From positions 224,001 to 288,000 of the forward strand of contig CAVUSO010000001.1 of NCBI GenBank assembly GCA_963744145.1: a DNA stretch of 64,000 nt, read 5' to 3'. Numbering within the stretch: the first letter of the stretch is position 1; every line of letters starts with the position of its first letter. This document shows, one piece after another, positions 10,633-20,842 of the stretch. The position numbers and the translations under genes are program-made. This DNA is from an uncultured cyanobacterium (lineage in GTDB: Bacteria > Cyanobacteriota > Cyanobacteriia > Cyanobacteriales > CAWUOF01). Under the pieces are notes generated by a model. The model worked only from the letters and a program-made list of their open reading frames with translations, had not been told where the DNA came from and did not search any database.

Positions 10633-11157
10633 GTGGAATTAGAATTGACCGTACAGCATGGAGATGATTTACTGAGCGAGTTAGAGTTACCAGAGGTCGA
10701 ATCAGACCTGCCAATTTCTGCTCAAACTTGGTCAGCTTGGTTTGTTAAATGGTTAGAAATACTTGCTTCAGCTCTCCCTCATGCGATCGGTTATGAAATT
10801 ACCTTACGTCTTACTAATGATGTAGAAATTCAAACACTTAACCATCAATATCGTGATCAAAATCAACCCACTGATGTTTTAGCATTTGCCTCCTTAGAGG
10901 TAGATTATCCCCAGTCGGAGGAATTCTTAGAGTCTCAACCCTTACATCTGGGTGATATTGTCATTTCTATAGATACAGCTCAACGACAAGCCCAACAACA
11001 GGGACATTCTTTAAAAATCGAACTAGCTTGGTTAACAACCCACGGACTGTTACATCTCTTAGGTTGGGATCATCCTGATCCAGAAAGTTTGCAGAGTATG
11101 CTTGATCAGCAAGCTATTTTACTAGAGAGCATCGGTTTAATTGACAAAAAAGTTTAA
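10633..11157 (+). CDS. ybeY: rRNA maturation endoribonuclease YbeY
   Basis: PTDVLAF, LGDIVIS, HGLLHLLGWDH. Confidence 0.93.
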   Translation: MELELTVQHGDDLLSELELPEVESDLPISAQTWSAWFVKWLEILASALPHAIGYEITLRLTNDVEIQTLNHQYRDQNQPTDVLAFASLEVDYPQSEEFLESQPLHLGDIVISIDTAQRQAQQQGHSLKIELAWLTTHGLLHLLGWDHPDPESLQSMLDQQAILLESIGLIDKKV

Positions 11158-11306
11158 GCAGCTAACTATTTTTGGTGGTTAGTCTACCACATAGATGGGA
11201 TAACACCTGGGTTTTAAATAATTATAGTGGAGGGTGAGATTGAGGTAATTATTATCTTATTTGCGATCGGAATTTTCGAGTTAGCAAAATCAATAAACCG
11301 TTAATA

Positions 11307-11789
11307 TTGTCAGCGACTGTCCCAGCACTTTATATGTCTCAAAATTTTCCCAATCCCACCAAAAGCACTAATAACCAAGTAATGAAGCCAAATCGAGAAT
11401 TGTCCTGGCAAGTAGCCACAAATTTAGTAATTAGTTTCAAATATGCCTGGGATGGAGTTAGTTATGCGTTTTGTACTCAAAGAAATTTTCGGATTCATGT
11501 GGTGATTGGGATTCTGGTCATTAGTTTGAGTGTTTTTTTACATCTAAGTTCGGTAGAAATCTCTGTAATTGGACTGACAATTGGGGCAGTTTTAGGGATG
11601 GAGTTAATCAATACTGCGCTGGAAGCTGTGGTTGACTTAACTGTCAAACAGGCTTACCATGATTTAGCCAGAATTGCTAAAGATTGTGCTGCCGGTGCTG
11701 TCCTGGTTTCATCTTTGGCCGCAATATTGGTCGCTAGTGCCCTATTGTTGCCCCCCCTATTAATTTTACTCCATAGGCTCATTCATTAG
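11307..11789 (+). CDS. dgkA: Diacylglycerol kinase family protein
   Basis: SFKYAWDG, QRNFRIH, ELINTALEAVVDL, AKDCAAGAVL; start may be 11334. Confidence 0.85.
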   Translation: MSATVPALYMSQNFPNPTKSTNNQVMKPNRELSWQVATNLVISFKYAWDGVSYAFCTQRNFRIHVVIGILVISLSVFLHLSSVEISVIGLTIGAVLGMELINTALEAVVDLTVKQAYHDLARIAKDCAAGAVLVSSLAAILVASALLLPPLLILLHRLIH

Positions 11790-11861
11790 TAGTTAGTCTG
11801 CGGCATTAGCTTAAAAAAAATCTGCTCAATCAAACCCGATAGGATAATTTTTTGAGCGGCA

Positions 11862-12665
11862 ATGATCGAAACTATAGAAAACCACGTAATCATGATGAAA
11901 CGGCGACAATTGATACGATATTCAGGAGCAAGTTGTTTGGCGGCGATCGCGACCGGGATCGGTTCTCGATTCCAACCATCTTCAGCACAAACCCCAGATG
12001 TACTTTCAGTCCAATGGCTGGGTCATACTTGTTTTTTGTTTACAGGTAGCGGTCGTCGAGTTCTAGTCAATCCTTTTCGGACCATAGGTTGTACTCAGGG
12101 TTATCGTTCTCCTCAAGTTCAAGCTGATTTTGTTTTTATTAGTAGTCGCTTATTGGATGAAGGAGCGAGTGAAAACTTACCAGGAAACCCGCAATTGATC
12201 TACCAAGCAGCCTTATATGATTTTCTTGGTAATCAGTTGAGTGGTATTACTACCGATAAAGATCGGGAAGGAGGAAGAAGTTTGGGCCAAAATGTCGCAT
12301 GGCTCTGGACTCAAGCAGGGATCAAAATTCTACATTTAGGTGCCCTCGCCAGTCCGATTTCGTTAGAGAAGAAAATTCTGATGGGCACTCCTGATCTGCT
12401 ATTCTTGCCAGTTGGTGGGGGAAAAAAATCCTATACTCCTGACGAGGCTAAAAAAGCACTTGCTACCATTAATCCCAAAATTGTCATTCCTACCCATTAT
12501 CGGACACCAGCTGCTGATCATGAATGTGATTTAAGTCCTTTAGAAGATTTCTTAACATTAATGAAAGATCTTCCAATCCAACGTTCTGAAAGTGATACAA
12601 TTAAGATCTCATCGAATAGTTTACCAGCAAAAGGTCCAATTATTCAGGTATTAAATTACAAGTAG
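11862..12665 (+). CDS. Exported MBL-fold protein (Tat-like leader)
   Basis: KRRQLI leader; WLGHTCF, ILHLG, PTHY motifs; start likely ~11892. Confidence 0.75.
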   Translation: MIETIENHVIMMKRRQLIRYSGASCLAAIATGIGSRFQPSSAQTPDVLSVQWLGHTCFLFTGSGRRVLVNPFRTIGCTQGYRSPQVQADFVFISSRLLDEGASENLPGNPQLIYQAALYDFLGNQLSGITTDKDREGGRSLGQNVAWLWTQAGIKILHLGALASPISLEKKILMGTPDLLFLPVGGGKKSYTPDEAKKALATINPKIVIPTHYRTPAADHECDLSPLEDFLTLMKDLPIQRSESDTIKISSNSLPAKGPIIQVLNYK

Positions 12666-12669
12666 TCAC

Positions 12670-13038
12670 CGAGAAAGCCCACCCCTTTCAGGGGTCGGGA
12701 TGAATCGGATAGCTGTTGGCTTAGGAGCCGTGAAAATTAATTATTAAATTATATTTTAATCGCGTATTTTCTTTGGAAAATACGCGATATTAGTATCAAT
12801 CGGTGGCAACGCTGAAAATTGTGGCAAGCGTCGCACAGCGTAATTTTAGGATCTAACGATCCGATTGTCCATCAATAATCTACAACTAATCAAATGTTGT
12901 TAAAAAAATACGGCGGGGCACGCCGGAATTTATACGCTCTTCTGAGATTGGGCCTCTGGCTAATTCTAAGCAATTAGGGTTGGTTAAGCACGGTCGTTGA
13001 TTCAAGAATCCCACTGCCTTTAGGCGTGGGAGTGTCAA
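12670..13038 (+). mobile_element. Non-autonomous IS200/IS605-type element: left end, tnpB 3' remnant/reRNA region, right end
   Basis: Left hairpin AAAGCCCACCCCTTTCAGGGGTCGGGATGAAT; TnpB-tail-like AAT ACG GCG GGG CAC GCC GGA ATT TAT; right end GAATCCCACTGCCTTTAGGCGTGGGAGTGTCAA; no ORF. Confidence 0.75.
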
Positions 13039-13051
13039 AAGTTTTAAAGAT

Positions 13052-13084
13052 GAAAAAGTGGAAAGTAAATCTTTTCACTTTTTT
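13052..13084 (+). terminator. Probable terminator hairpin
   Basis: AAAAAGTGGAAAG/CTTTTCACTTTTTT inverted repeat downstream of the MBL gene and IS remnant. Confidence 0.5.
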
Positions 13085-13307
13085 CCGGCCTCAATAAAAT
13101 TATTTGATTAAATTAAATATTACCATCAAAATCAGGACTGACAAGGAGTTTCTTTAAATATCCCTAAATATTTATCGAAAAGTTAATCCTCGTTTAAAGT
13201 TTAGTTAAATTTGCTATAATTACCCGAATTAATTAAGTTGAAACTCTTGAAATAAATAGCTCTTTAGAGCTATGATGGCAGAAAATAGGGAAGTTTATCA
13301 TTGAGAT

Positions 13308-14213
13308 ATGACGATTATTCCTAAGATTCAAGCTAAATTAATTCATTCCTGTATGAATTATCTCAGCATTGAGTATCAACATATTTATGGTGGCAAATAT
13401 CAGGAATATCTGGAATTATTTAATCTGATTGCGACCCAGACTTTAACAGCGATCGCTGGTTGTGACTCGGCTTATCATAATCTGGAACATACAGTCCAAG
13501 TTGTTTTAGTCGGGCAAGAAATTATTCATGGTAAATATGTTTGTGAAGAACCAATTTCTCCCCAGGAGTGGCTTGAATATATTGTCTCATTACTGTGCCA
13601 TGATATTGGATATCGGAAAGGGATTTGTCGTGATGATCGAGTCGAAGAGTATAGATTTGTAACTGGAATTAATTCTGATCATATCACTCTTGATTCTACA
13701 GCAACAGGAGCTAGTTTAACCCCCTACCATGTGGATCGAGGTAAATTATTTGTAGCGGAAAATTTTAGCGACTATAAATTAATTAACTTGGAAACTATTC
13801 AACTAAATATTGAATTAACTCGTTTTCCAGCGCCGAAAGATGAACTACATCAAGACACAATTGATTTTCCAGGATTAACTCGTGGTGCTGACTTGATCGG
13901 TCAGCTATCTGATCCCTATTACCTGGCTAAATTACCAGCTCTATTCTCTGAATTTGAAGAAATTGGTAGTAATAAAGTTCTCGGATATTCCGACTCAAAA
14001 GACTTACGAGCTGGTTATCCTCGATTTTACTGGCACGTTATTTCTTTGTATCTAAAACATAGTATTCGCTATTTAGAAATGACTCAAACTGGACAAGCGA
14101 TTTTGGCAAATTTATATGGTAATAGAACCGTGGTGGAAAAAGAGCTAGATCGTCTTTACAATAGCGACCATAATCTGTGGACTGACCTATTAAATTGGTT
14201 CAAAAAACGTTAA
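13308..14213 (+). CDS. HD-domain metalloprotein (Npun_R2479-like)
   Basis: AYHNLEHT, LCHDIGY, TPYHVDRG, ADLIGQL motifs. Confidence 0.8.
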   Translation: MTIIPKIQAKLIHSCMNYLSIEYQHIYGGKYQEYLELFNLIATQTLTAIAGCDSAYHNLEHTVQVVLVGQEIIHGKYVCEEPISPQEWLEYIVSLLCHDIGYRKGICRDDRVEEYRFVTGINSDHITLDSTATGASLTPYHVDRGKLFVAENFSDYKLINLETIQLNIELTRFPAPKDELHQDTIDFPGLTRGADLIGQLSDPYYLAKLPALFSEFEEIGSNKVLGYSDSKDLRAGYPRFYWHVISLYLKHSIRYLEMTQTGQAILANLYGNRTVVEKELDRLYNSDHNLWTDLLNWFKKR

Positions 14214-14299
14214 TGCGATCGCGATCAAAATCCAAATTATTGGTGGCAGAGGGTAAAAAAATGCTAATATTTAATAATTAGTGATTAGGTGTTTTCTGT

Positions 14300-16822
14300 T
14301 CATGCTCCCAGAGGAATTTCAATCAAAAATTCAACTCCTTTCCCTTGTTCAGAAAGACACTGTAAAATACCACCATGTTTTTCGACTACAATCTCATAGC
14401 TAATCGCTAAACCCAAGTCTATTGCTCCCATCTCGGGTTTAACACCTAAGAAGGGATTAAAGATCTGCGATCGCTCCGATCCGCTGATTTCTGGTCCATT
14501 GTCGGTTAGTCGAATTATGAGTGATGAGTGTGGGGTGATTGCTGATTGGTCATTATTTACAGATCCTGGTTGATTAGCTATTACTTTTTCTTCCCGATTA
14601 ACTACTTCAGTATAAATCGCGATCGTCGCAGGAGTAGCTTGAATTTCTGCGATTGTGCGCTGTGCATTATACTTATTAAGTCTATCTATCATCTTACTCA
14701 GAATATTCATAAAAACTTGATTCATCAGAGCTGCATAACACTCGATATTAGGCAAATTGCCATAATTTTTGATGATTTTAATTCCTAAATGATTAGATTT
14801 TGTTTTTAATCGATTGCTTAAAATTAGTAAAGTGCTATCCAAACCATTGTGAATATTAACTGATTTCATTTCAGCTTCATCCACGCGAGTGAAATTTCGT
14901 AATGACTGCACTAAATCGCGGATTTTTTCTACTCCTAAATTCATTGATTTAAGCAGTCTAGGTAAATCTTCGATTACAAATTCTAAATCTCTGATCTTAC
15001 TCTCTTTTTGGATCTCTGGTACAGGTTCGGGATAATACTTTGTATAAAGATTGATCAGTGCGATCAAATCTTGAGTATAGTTATCAGCATGAGTGAGATT
15101 TCCATAAATAAAATTAACCGGATTATTAATTTCATAGGCTAATCCAGCAACCATTTGTCCTAAAGAAGACATTTTTTCCTGCTGGATTATTTGATTTTGA
15201 GTGCGCTGAAGTTGATGTAATGTAATTTCTAACTGAGTTGATTTTTCTCTTTCTCTAATTTCAGATTCTTGTAAAGCTATATTCAATAGTGCTAGTTCTT
15301 CTGTTTTCCGTAGCACAATATTAATGATGGCATTTCTTAATTCAATCGCTGCTTCTACTTCACATTTTTGCCAAGGTAAACACTTTAATTTAACAGATTC
15401 TTTCCATAATTCAAATGACTTTCGAGGAGACATCCGTACTTCTCCATCATTGCTGATTTCAAATAATTTTTCTGGATTTCCTGCCCAATTTACCGTTTGC
15501 ATAACTTCTGGTCTAAACCAAATTATATAATTTTTCTGATTTTGAGAAATTGAAATTGCTAATAAACCACTAGCTAGCTCTTTAAACGCTTCAGCTTCTT
15601 GATAGATTTTTGCTAAAGAATCTGTATAAAAAATATTGTCTTGAATATTATTTGTTATCCATTCTACTATTTTTTTTAGATGTTCTTCTTGGGGAGTTTT
15701 TCCTACCACCATCCAATTTCCATTTAAGCAGATCGCAGCTCCCGTAGACTTGGTTAAGTCTAATAAGTTTAGGTCATATTTAATCAAACCTTCGATAAAA
15801 TTTTCTTCCCTTGACATATATTCAATCAATTTTTGATTCACTGATTTCAATTTAATTTGATAATCTAGGTCTTCATGTCCTTCTTTAAAAGATAGTTCTA
15901 AAGACATCACTTGTCCTAAGAATTCGCAAGCTTTTCTGATTTCATAAGCAACATATTTGGGAGACTGATGATGACAAGCAATCAGTCCCCATAGTTTTTG
16001 CTCCTTCATTAAGGAGATAGACATAGAAGCACCAACACCCATATTTTGTAAATATTCTATGTGCATTGGTGAGACACTTCTGAGGACGCTGAAACTAAGA
16101 TCGAGGGGTTGTTTAGTAATCGGGTTATCTTGGGGGATAATTGCTACTGGTTGATAATTGACATCTGCTATTAACCTGAGCATATTTACTGAATAAAGTC
16201 GTCGCGCTTGTTTAGGAATATCTGATTGAGGATAATGCAATCCTAACCAAGAAGGTAAGTATTCCTGTTTATCTTCAGCGATTACTATCCCATTTTTTTC
16301 TAGATCGAATTGATAGACCATGACCCGATCGAAACCACTTAGTTGTCGAATTTCTTTGACAATTATTTCACTCAAATTTTGCAAATTAAAAGCACTTTGA
16401 ATTTTGGATGCAGATAATCTGACTAAATGATAAAAGCTGAGAAATCCGTTAACATGATTAGATATGTTAGGTTCCAATTCTAAAATTAATACTTCGTCCC
16501 TACGATGAATTATGCCATCAAAGATATTAGTTTTATTAGCTAAAGATATTGATAAATTAATTGGATTTATTTTTTGTAAATCTTCGTAAACTAGCGCTCT
16601 TTTTAAATCGTTGATCTGAGTTTTATCTAGGAGTATATCTAGATTTTTGTTAATCAATTCTTCTGGAGGTATTCCGAAAATATTTAAGGTATTTTGACTA
16701 ACTTGTAATATGCTTAGATCAGATTCGTTTAAGACTAGAAGAACGCCATGAGGCTGAATTGAGCCAGGAATATGAATAGGTTCGTCATCACAATTATTAA
16801 AATTAATTTGTTGCAAGTCCAT
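14300..16822 (-). CDS. Bacteriophytochrome-type photoreceptor (PAS-GAF-PHY) with degenerate histidine kinase
   Basis: NCDDEPIHIPGSIQPHG, DRVMVY, SDIP, SPMHIEYLQNM, PRKSF motifs; H-box reads AGLAYEINNP; start probably 16822 (ORF track gives 16867). Confidence 0.9.
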   Translation of the reverse strand: MDLQQINFNNCDDEPIHIPGSIQPHGVLLVLNESDLSILQVSQNTLNIFGIPPEELINKNLDILLDKTQINDLKRALVYEDLQKINPINLSISLANKTNIFDGIIHRRDEVLILELEPNISNHVNGFLSFYHLVRLSASKIQSAFNLQNLSEIIVKEIRQLSGFDRVMVYQFDLEKNGIVIAEDKQEYLPSWLGLHYPQSDIPKQARRLYSVNMLRLIADVNYQPVAIIPQDNPITKQPLDLSFSVLRSVSPMHIEYLQNMGVGASMSISLMKEQKLWGLIACHHQSPKYVAYEIRKACEFLGQVMSLELSFKEGHEDLDYQIKLKSVNQKLIEYMSREENFIEGLIKYDLNLLDLTKSTGAAICLNGNWMVVGKTPQEEHLKKIVEWITNNIQDNIFYTDSLAKIYQEAEAFKELASGLLAISISQNQKNYIIWFRPEVMQTVNWAGNPEKLFEISNDGEVRMSPRKSFELWKESVKLKCLPWQKCEVEAAIELRNAIINIVLRKTEELALLNIALQESEIREREKSTQLEITLHQLQRTQNQIIQQEKMSSLGQMVAGLAYEINNPVNFIYGNLTHADNYTQDLIALINLYTKYYPEPVPEIQKESKIRDLEFVIEDLPRLLKSMNLGVEKIRDLVQSLRNFTRVDEAEMKSVNIHNGLDSTLLILSNRLKTKSNHLGIKIIKNYGNLPNIECYAALMNQVFMNILSKMIDRLNKYNAQRTIAEIQATPATIAIYTEVVNREEKVIANQPGSVNNDQSAITPHSSLIIRLTDNGPEISGSERSQIFNPFLGVKPEMGAIDLGLAISYEIVVEKHGGILQCLSEQGKGVEFLIEIPLGA

Positions 16823-17182
16823 ATTATTCTTACTGTTGAATTTCTTTTTTTTATATAGACAAATCAAAAACTATTGGTTTGTCTATCATCAGGAATTAGA
16901 TTTTCAGTTATCTATTTTGCTCGTATAGTAGCGGATGATTGTACATCTGCAATTAGTAAATTTACTTAAATAAAAGTGAGATTAGGATAGATATACCGTG
17001 AAGATACGCCCAAAATCGAACAGAAAGTAAATAAATGTAAAGAAAATCGCACCTGAAACTAAATTATTGCAATGAATCTGCATAAATATCTGGTCAAAAA
17101 TAAAGATAACTCTGGAAAATAGGGAATGGGGCTACTCCAAACTTAATATTTTGCCCCATCAGTAAAATACCTCCAAGATTGT

Positions 17183-17728
17183 TTATTTTAAATCTAACAA
17201 TCCACTAGCTTTCAGTTTGGGATTGAAGACAATTCCTTCAGTTACTCCACGAGCGGTTAAAGTAGTGATAATTTCTGCTTCAACTCGTCGAGCTACGTTT
17301 TTTAAGATTTTCGATTGCTGTAATTCTTCTCCTTTAGCTTGATCATAACTTGCTTGTTCTGCTGGTGTCATGAGTAATTTGACATTAATTGGTTGAGTCC
17401 ATTGAGCTTCTTCCCGATCATTACCAATGGGAGTAGTACCATTTTCCCCGATCCAAGCATCACGGATATTTTCTAATAAAGTTCGGTGAGGACGATCTAT
17501 AATTTGGACTTTTATCCAATAGCACTGATCCGGTTGACGGACTAAATGTTGTTTCAGACTGAGAAAAATATCCCGGGAATAACCAATAAACTGTAAGATG
17601 CGATCGCGATCGAAAATTCCATAGACTCCGATTTTACCTGACAAATTTTCGGGCAGATGTCCCGCATCAAGGTAGGGGATATATGCTAGACTAGCGAGAG
17701 TGGGAAGTAATGGTTCAGTTGTCATCAA
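17183..17728 (-). CDS. GIY-YIG-like family protein
   Basis: GVYGIF...FIGYSRDI...LKQHLVRQP. Confidence 0.75.
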   Translation of the reverse strand: MMTTEPLLPTLASLAYIPYLDAGHLPENLSGKIGVYGIFDRDRILQFIGYSRDIFLSLKQHLVRQPDQCYWIKVQIIDRPHRTLLENIRDAWIGENGTTPIGNDREEAQWTQPINVKLLMTPAEQASYDQAKGEELQQSKILKNVARRVEAEIITTLTARGVTEGIVFNPKLKASGLLDLK

Positions 17729-18119
17729 TACTACTAGGTGGAGCAGGGTTGTTTCATTCTACCTTACTTGTTGTTTTCCACAGAAACCACCATGTATTAA
17801 ATTTCACCTAATCATAATCTAATCACAAAACACAAATGCTAATTTTATAAAAATAATTCTTATTGTGTACAATGTTGCACTAAAGATGGTTGAAAGTTGG
17901 GATAATTGCTTTCATAGGTTTTCCAAAATTGAATTAATCAGTCATGCCCAATCCGTCCCCCAATTTAACGTCCAACAGTTTCAATGTCACTAACAACTCA
18001 CCCATCCGATCGCGATTCACAAATGTGGGAGAAACTGGGATAGCGATCGCTCAAACCTGTTGCGTGAAATAGTAGAGATCGACTAAAGTATCTGCTCCTC
18101 AAGTAGAGCATCATCGATC

Positions 18120-18962
18120 ATGTCCTTTGATAACCTGTGTAAACTCATCGCCGAAAAATATCCAGTTCCTTTTGCCACTTGGATTTTAGGTGAACCGCAG
18201 CCGAGCGTGCAAGTCTTAAAGACCGAACTCAGTATCGAACCAATTCGAGCTGATTCCGTGATATTTCTGCAAACCGCAGACCGGATCTTACATTTAGAAT
18301 TCCAAGTGAGACTCGAATCAGAGCCCCCCTTACCTTTAAGAATGCTAGACTATTGGGTGAGGTTATATCGATTATACCGCAAACCAATCACCCAAGTCAT
18401 AATTTTATTACTACCTCCCACCCCAGGCACCATCATTGAAACCCAATTTGTCTTGGAAACAACTCACCACGAGTATCAAGTCATTCGGTTATGGGAAGAA
18501 GACCCCAACATATTTCTATCTGATCCAGCATTATTACCCCTAGCATCTTTAGCTGCAACCTCCCAACCAGAGGAATTGCTCAACCAGGTGGCACAGCAAT
18601 TAAATAAAATAGAATCAGTCCAGCAAAAACAGGAAGTATCAGCCTACGTCCAAATCTTAGCAGGATTAAAGTTTAGCCAACCAATATTGCATCGATTATT
18701 TCGGGAGAATGCCATGAGAGAATCAGTAATTTATCAGGAGATTGTGCAGGTCGGTCGAGAAGAAGGTCTCCAGGAAGGTCTCCAGAAGGAACGCGCTTTG
18801 ATTCTGCGTCTGCTGACGCGACGGGTTGGGACAATTGATGACAACCTGCGATCGCAAATTTCTGCTCTACCAGTAGCTTTACTCGAAGACTTAGGGGAAG
18901 CACTCTTAGATTTTTCCTCGGTAGCTGATTTATCAGCTTGGTTAGTCACTCATCAACCCTAA
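18120..18962 (+). CDS. Rpn family PD-(D/E)xK nuclease with DUF4351-like C-terminus
   Basis: IRADSVIFL..ILHLEFQ, RMLDYW, MRESVIYQEI, LEDLGEALLDF. Confidence 0.85.
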   Translation: MSFDNLCKLIAEKYPVPFATWILGEPQPSVQVLKTELSIEPIRADSVIFLQTADRILHLEFQVRLESEPPLPLRMLDYWVRLYRLYRKPITQVIILLLPPTPGTIIETQFVLETTHHEYQVIRLWEEDPNIFLSDPALLPLASLAATSQPEELLNQVAQQLNKIESVQQKQEVSAYVQILAGLKFSQPILHRLFRENAMRESVIYQEIVQVGREEGLQEGLQKERALILRLLTRRVGTIDDNLRSQISALPVALLEDLGEALLDFSSVADLSAWLVTHQP

Positions 18963-19104
18963 CTAATTTTTGACGACGATCGCTCCCTGGTACTACAGGA
19001 AAAATTAATCTCACGAGAGCGATCGCATTAAATAGTTACATAAATCAGTTAAAATACCTGCTCCTAAAAATAATGATATCATCTCTTGATTAATCATTTT
19101 ACAA

Positions 19105-19962
19105 TTAGCTGCCATGATCACAAAAATCAGGAATGGTCAAAGCGAGCTGATAAATTTGACGACGAGGAAGAGATATTTGTTCAGCTAATTGTTTACTTGC
19201 TTGACTACGAGATATTCCTTGGTTTAATAAAGCTTGTAATTCAGTTTTAATCGCTGCTTCTGATAAGACTGGTGTGACTAAATCGCTCCCGTTAACTACT
19301 AAAGTAAATTCTCCTTGAGGTTCACGGATAGTATAATTAGCGATCGCATCTCTAATTTGACCGCGCCAAAATTCTTCATGTAATTTAGTTAATTCTCTGG
19401 CAATTACTAATAAACGCTCTTGACCGAAATTTTCCGCAAAATCTTGCAGAGTTTGGCGCAAACGATGGGGTGCTTCATAGAAAATTATTGTCCGTTCTTC
19501 CCTTGATAAAATTGTTAATCGTTGCTGTTTTTCTGAAGCTTTAGTTGGTAAAAATCCTTCAAAAATAAACCGATCTGTTGATAATCCTGAGCCAATCAGA
19601 GCAGCGATCGCCGCCGTTGGTCCAGGAATGGGTACAACAGTAATTTCCGCATCAATACAAGCTTTAATTAATTCATAACCAGGATCAGAAATACCGGGCA
19701 TTCCTGCATCAGTAACGAGGGCGATCGATTGTCCAGATTGGAGTTGATTAATAATCGTGGGAATCCGATTTTTCTGATTATGTTCATGGTAACTAATTTG
19801 GGGAGTTTTAATTTGGAAGTGCTGTAATAATTTGCCCGTATGACGGGTATCTTCAGCTGCGATCGCGTCTACTGTTTGCAAAATTCTTACTGCTCGGAAT
19901 GTGATATCTTCCAAGTTACCAATTGGTGTCCCGACTAGATAAAGAATCCCGAACTTATCCAT
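19105..19962 (-). CDS. rsmI: 16S rRNA C1402 2'-O-methyltransferase
   Basis: LYLVGTPIGNLEDIT, AEDTR, DAGMPGISDPG, RELTKLHEE. Confidence 0.95.
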   Translation of the reverse strand: MDKFGILYLVGTPIGNLEDITFRAVRILQTVDAIAAEDTRHTGKLLQHFQIKTPQISYHEHNQKNRIPTIINQLQSGQSIALVTDAGMPGISDPGYELIKACIDAEITVVPIPGPTAAIAALIGSGLSTDRFIFEGFLPTKASEKQQRLTILSREERTIIFYEAPHRLRQTLQDFAENFGQERLLVIARELTKLHEEFWRGQIRDAIANYTIREPQGEFTLVVNGSDLVTPVLSEAAIKTELQALLNQGISRSQASKQLAEQISLPRRQIYQLALTIPDFCDHGS

Positions 19963-20740
19963 TTGTGCTAAATAATAGAGAACGTATTCCCCAAAATATT
20001 AAATAGGAATCACTTTTAATTTTATCAGTTATCCCGGGAAATAAAACCTGTAAATAATTGCAGATCAATTGATGATCACCACCAGTGACAACGATCGCAC
20101 TCCCTGGAAACTTTTGCTCCCAATCAGTAATAAAATCTCTAATCCCCGCCAAAATAGTATAGATCACTCCACTGTGAATTGCTGTAGCTGTATTTAAAGC
20201 CCACCGATCTGGTAAATATTCAGGTAATTTGAGGGCTGGAAGTAATGCGGTTTCTTGATGGAGTGATTTTAATTGCAAACTTAATCCTGGTAAAATTGCC
20301 CCACCAATCAAACAGCGGTTGTGATCAGCACCAGTAAAAGTTAACGCAGTCCCCGCGTCCAGGACTAAGGTGGGCCATCCCCATTGTTGACCCGCACCCC
20401 AAACTGCGATCGCGCGATCAATTCCCAAAGTAGAATAAACTCCCAATAAAGGAATTTGTTCTAGGGTAATGACGGTAATATGGGGATAATTTTGCCAAAG
20501 TTGGGTTTGAGCGGGAATAACCGAGACTAAATATAAGGGAGTTGAACAGGGAAAAGTTCCCAACTCATGGGAGAATGCTGGTATGCCTGAGTGACAAATA
20601 TTTTGGACTATTTCCTGGTCAAAGTGGGGGGTATCCCAAGCTTGGTGTAGATTAGTACCAGTAAAAGCAGCCCAGTGTAAACGAGAATTGCCAATTATTA
20701 ACGCTAACCAGTGGTGAGGAGGCTTAAACACTAACTTCAC
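19955..20740 (-). CDS. coaX: Type III pantothenate kinase
   Basis: IGNSRLHWA, LGIDR, DAGTALT, GGAILPG, TGGD. Confidence 0.9.
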   Translation of the reverse strand: MKLVFKPPHHWLALIIGNSRLHWAAFTGTNLHQAWDTPHFDQEIVQNICHSGIPAFSHELGTFPCSTPLYLVSVIPAQTQLWQNYPHITVITLEQIPLLGVYSTLGIDRAIAVWGAGQQWGWPTLVLDAGTALTFTGADHNRCLIGGAILPGLSLQLKSLHQETALLPALKLPEYLPDRWALNTATAIHSGVIYTILAGIRDFITDWEQKFPGSAIVVTGGDHQLICNYLQVLFPGITDKIKSDSYLIFWGIRSLLFSTNG

Positions 20741-20842
20741 TTATTATAATGATAAAAAAGTATAACTTTACTTAATTACGTTTAGTCAGGCAAGATAGTA
20801 AAGAGAAGAGAAAAACCAACGAGTTGCTCAAAAGGAGACAGA

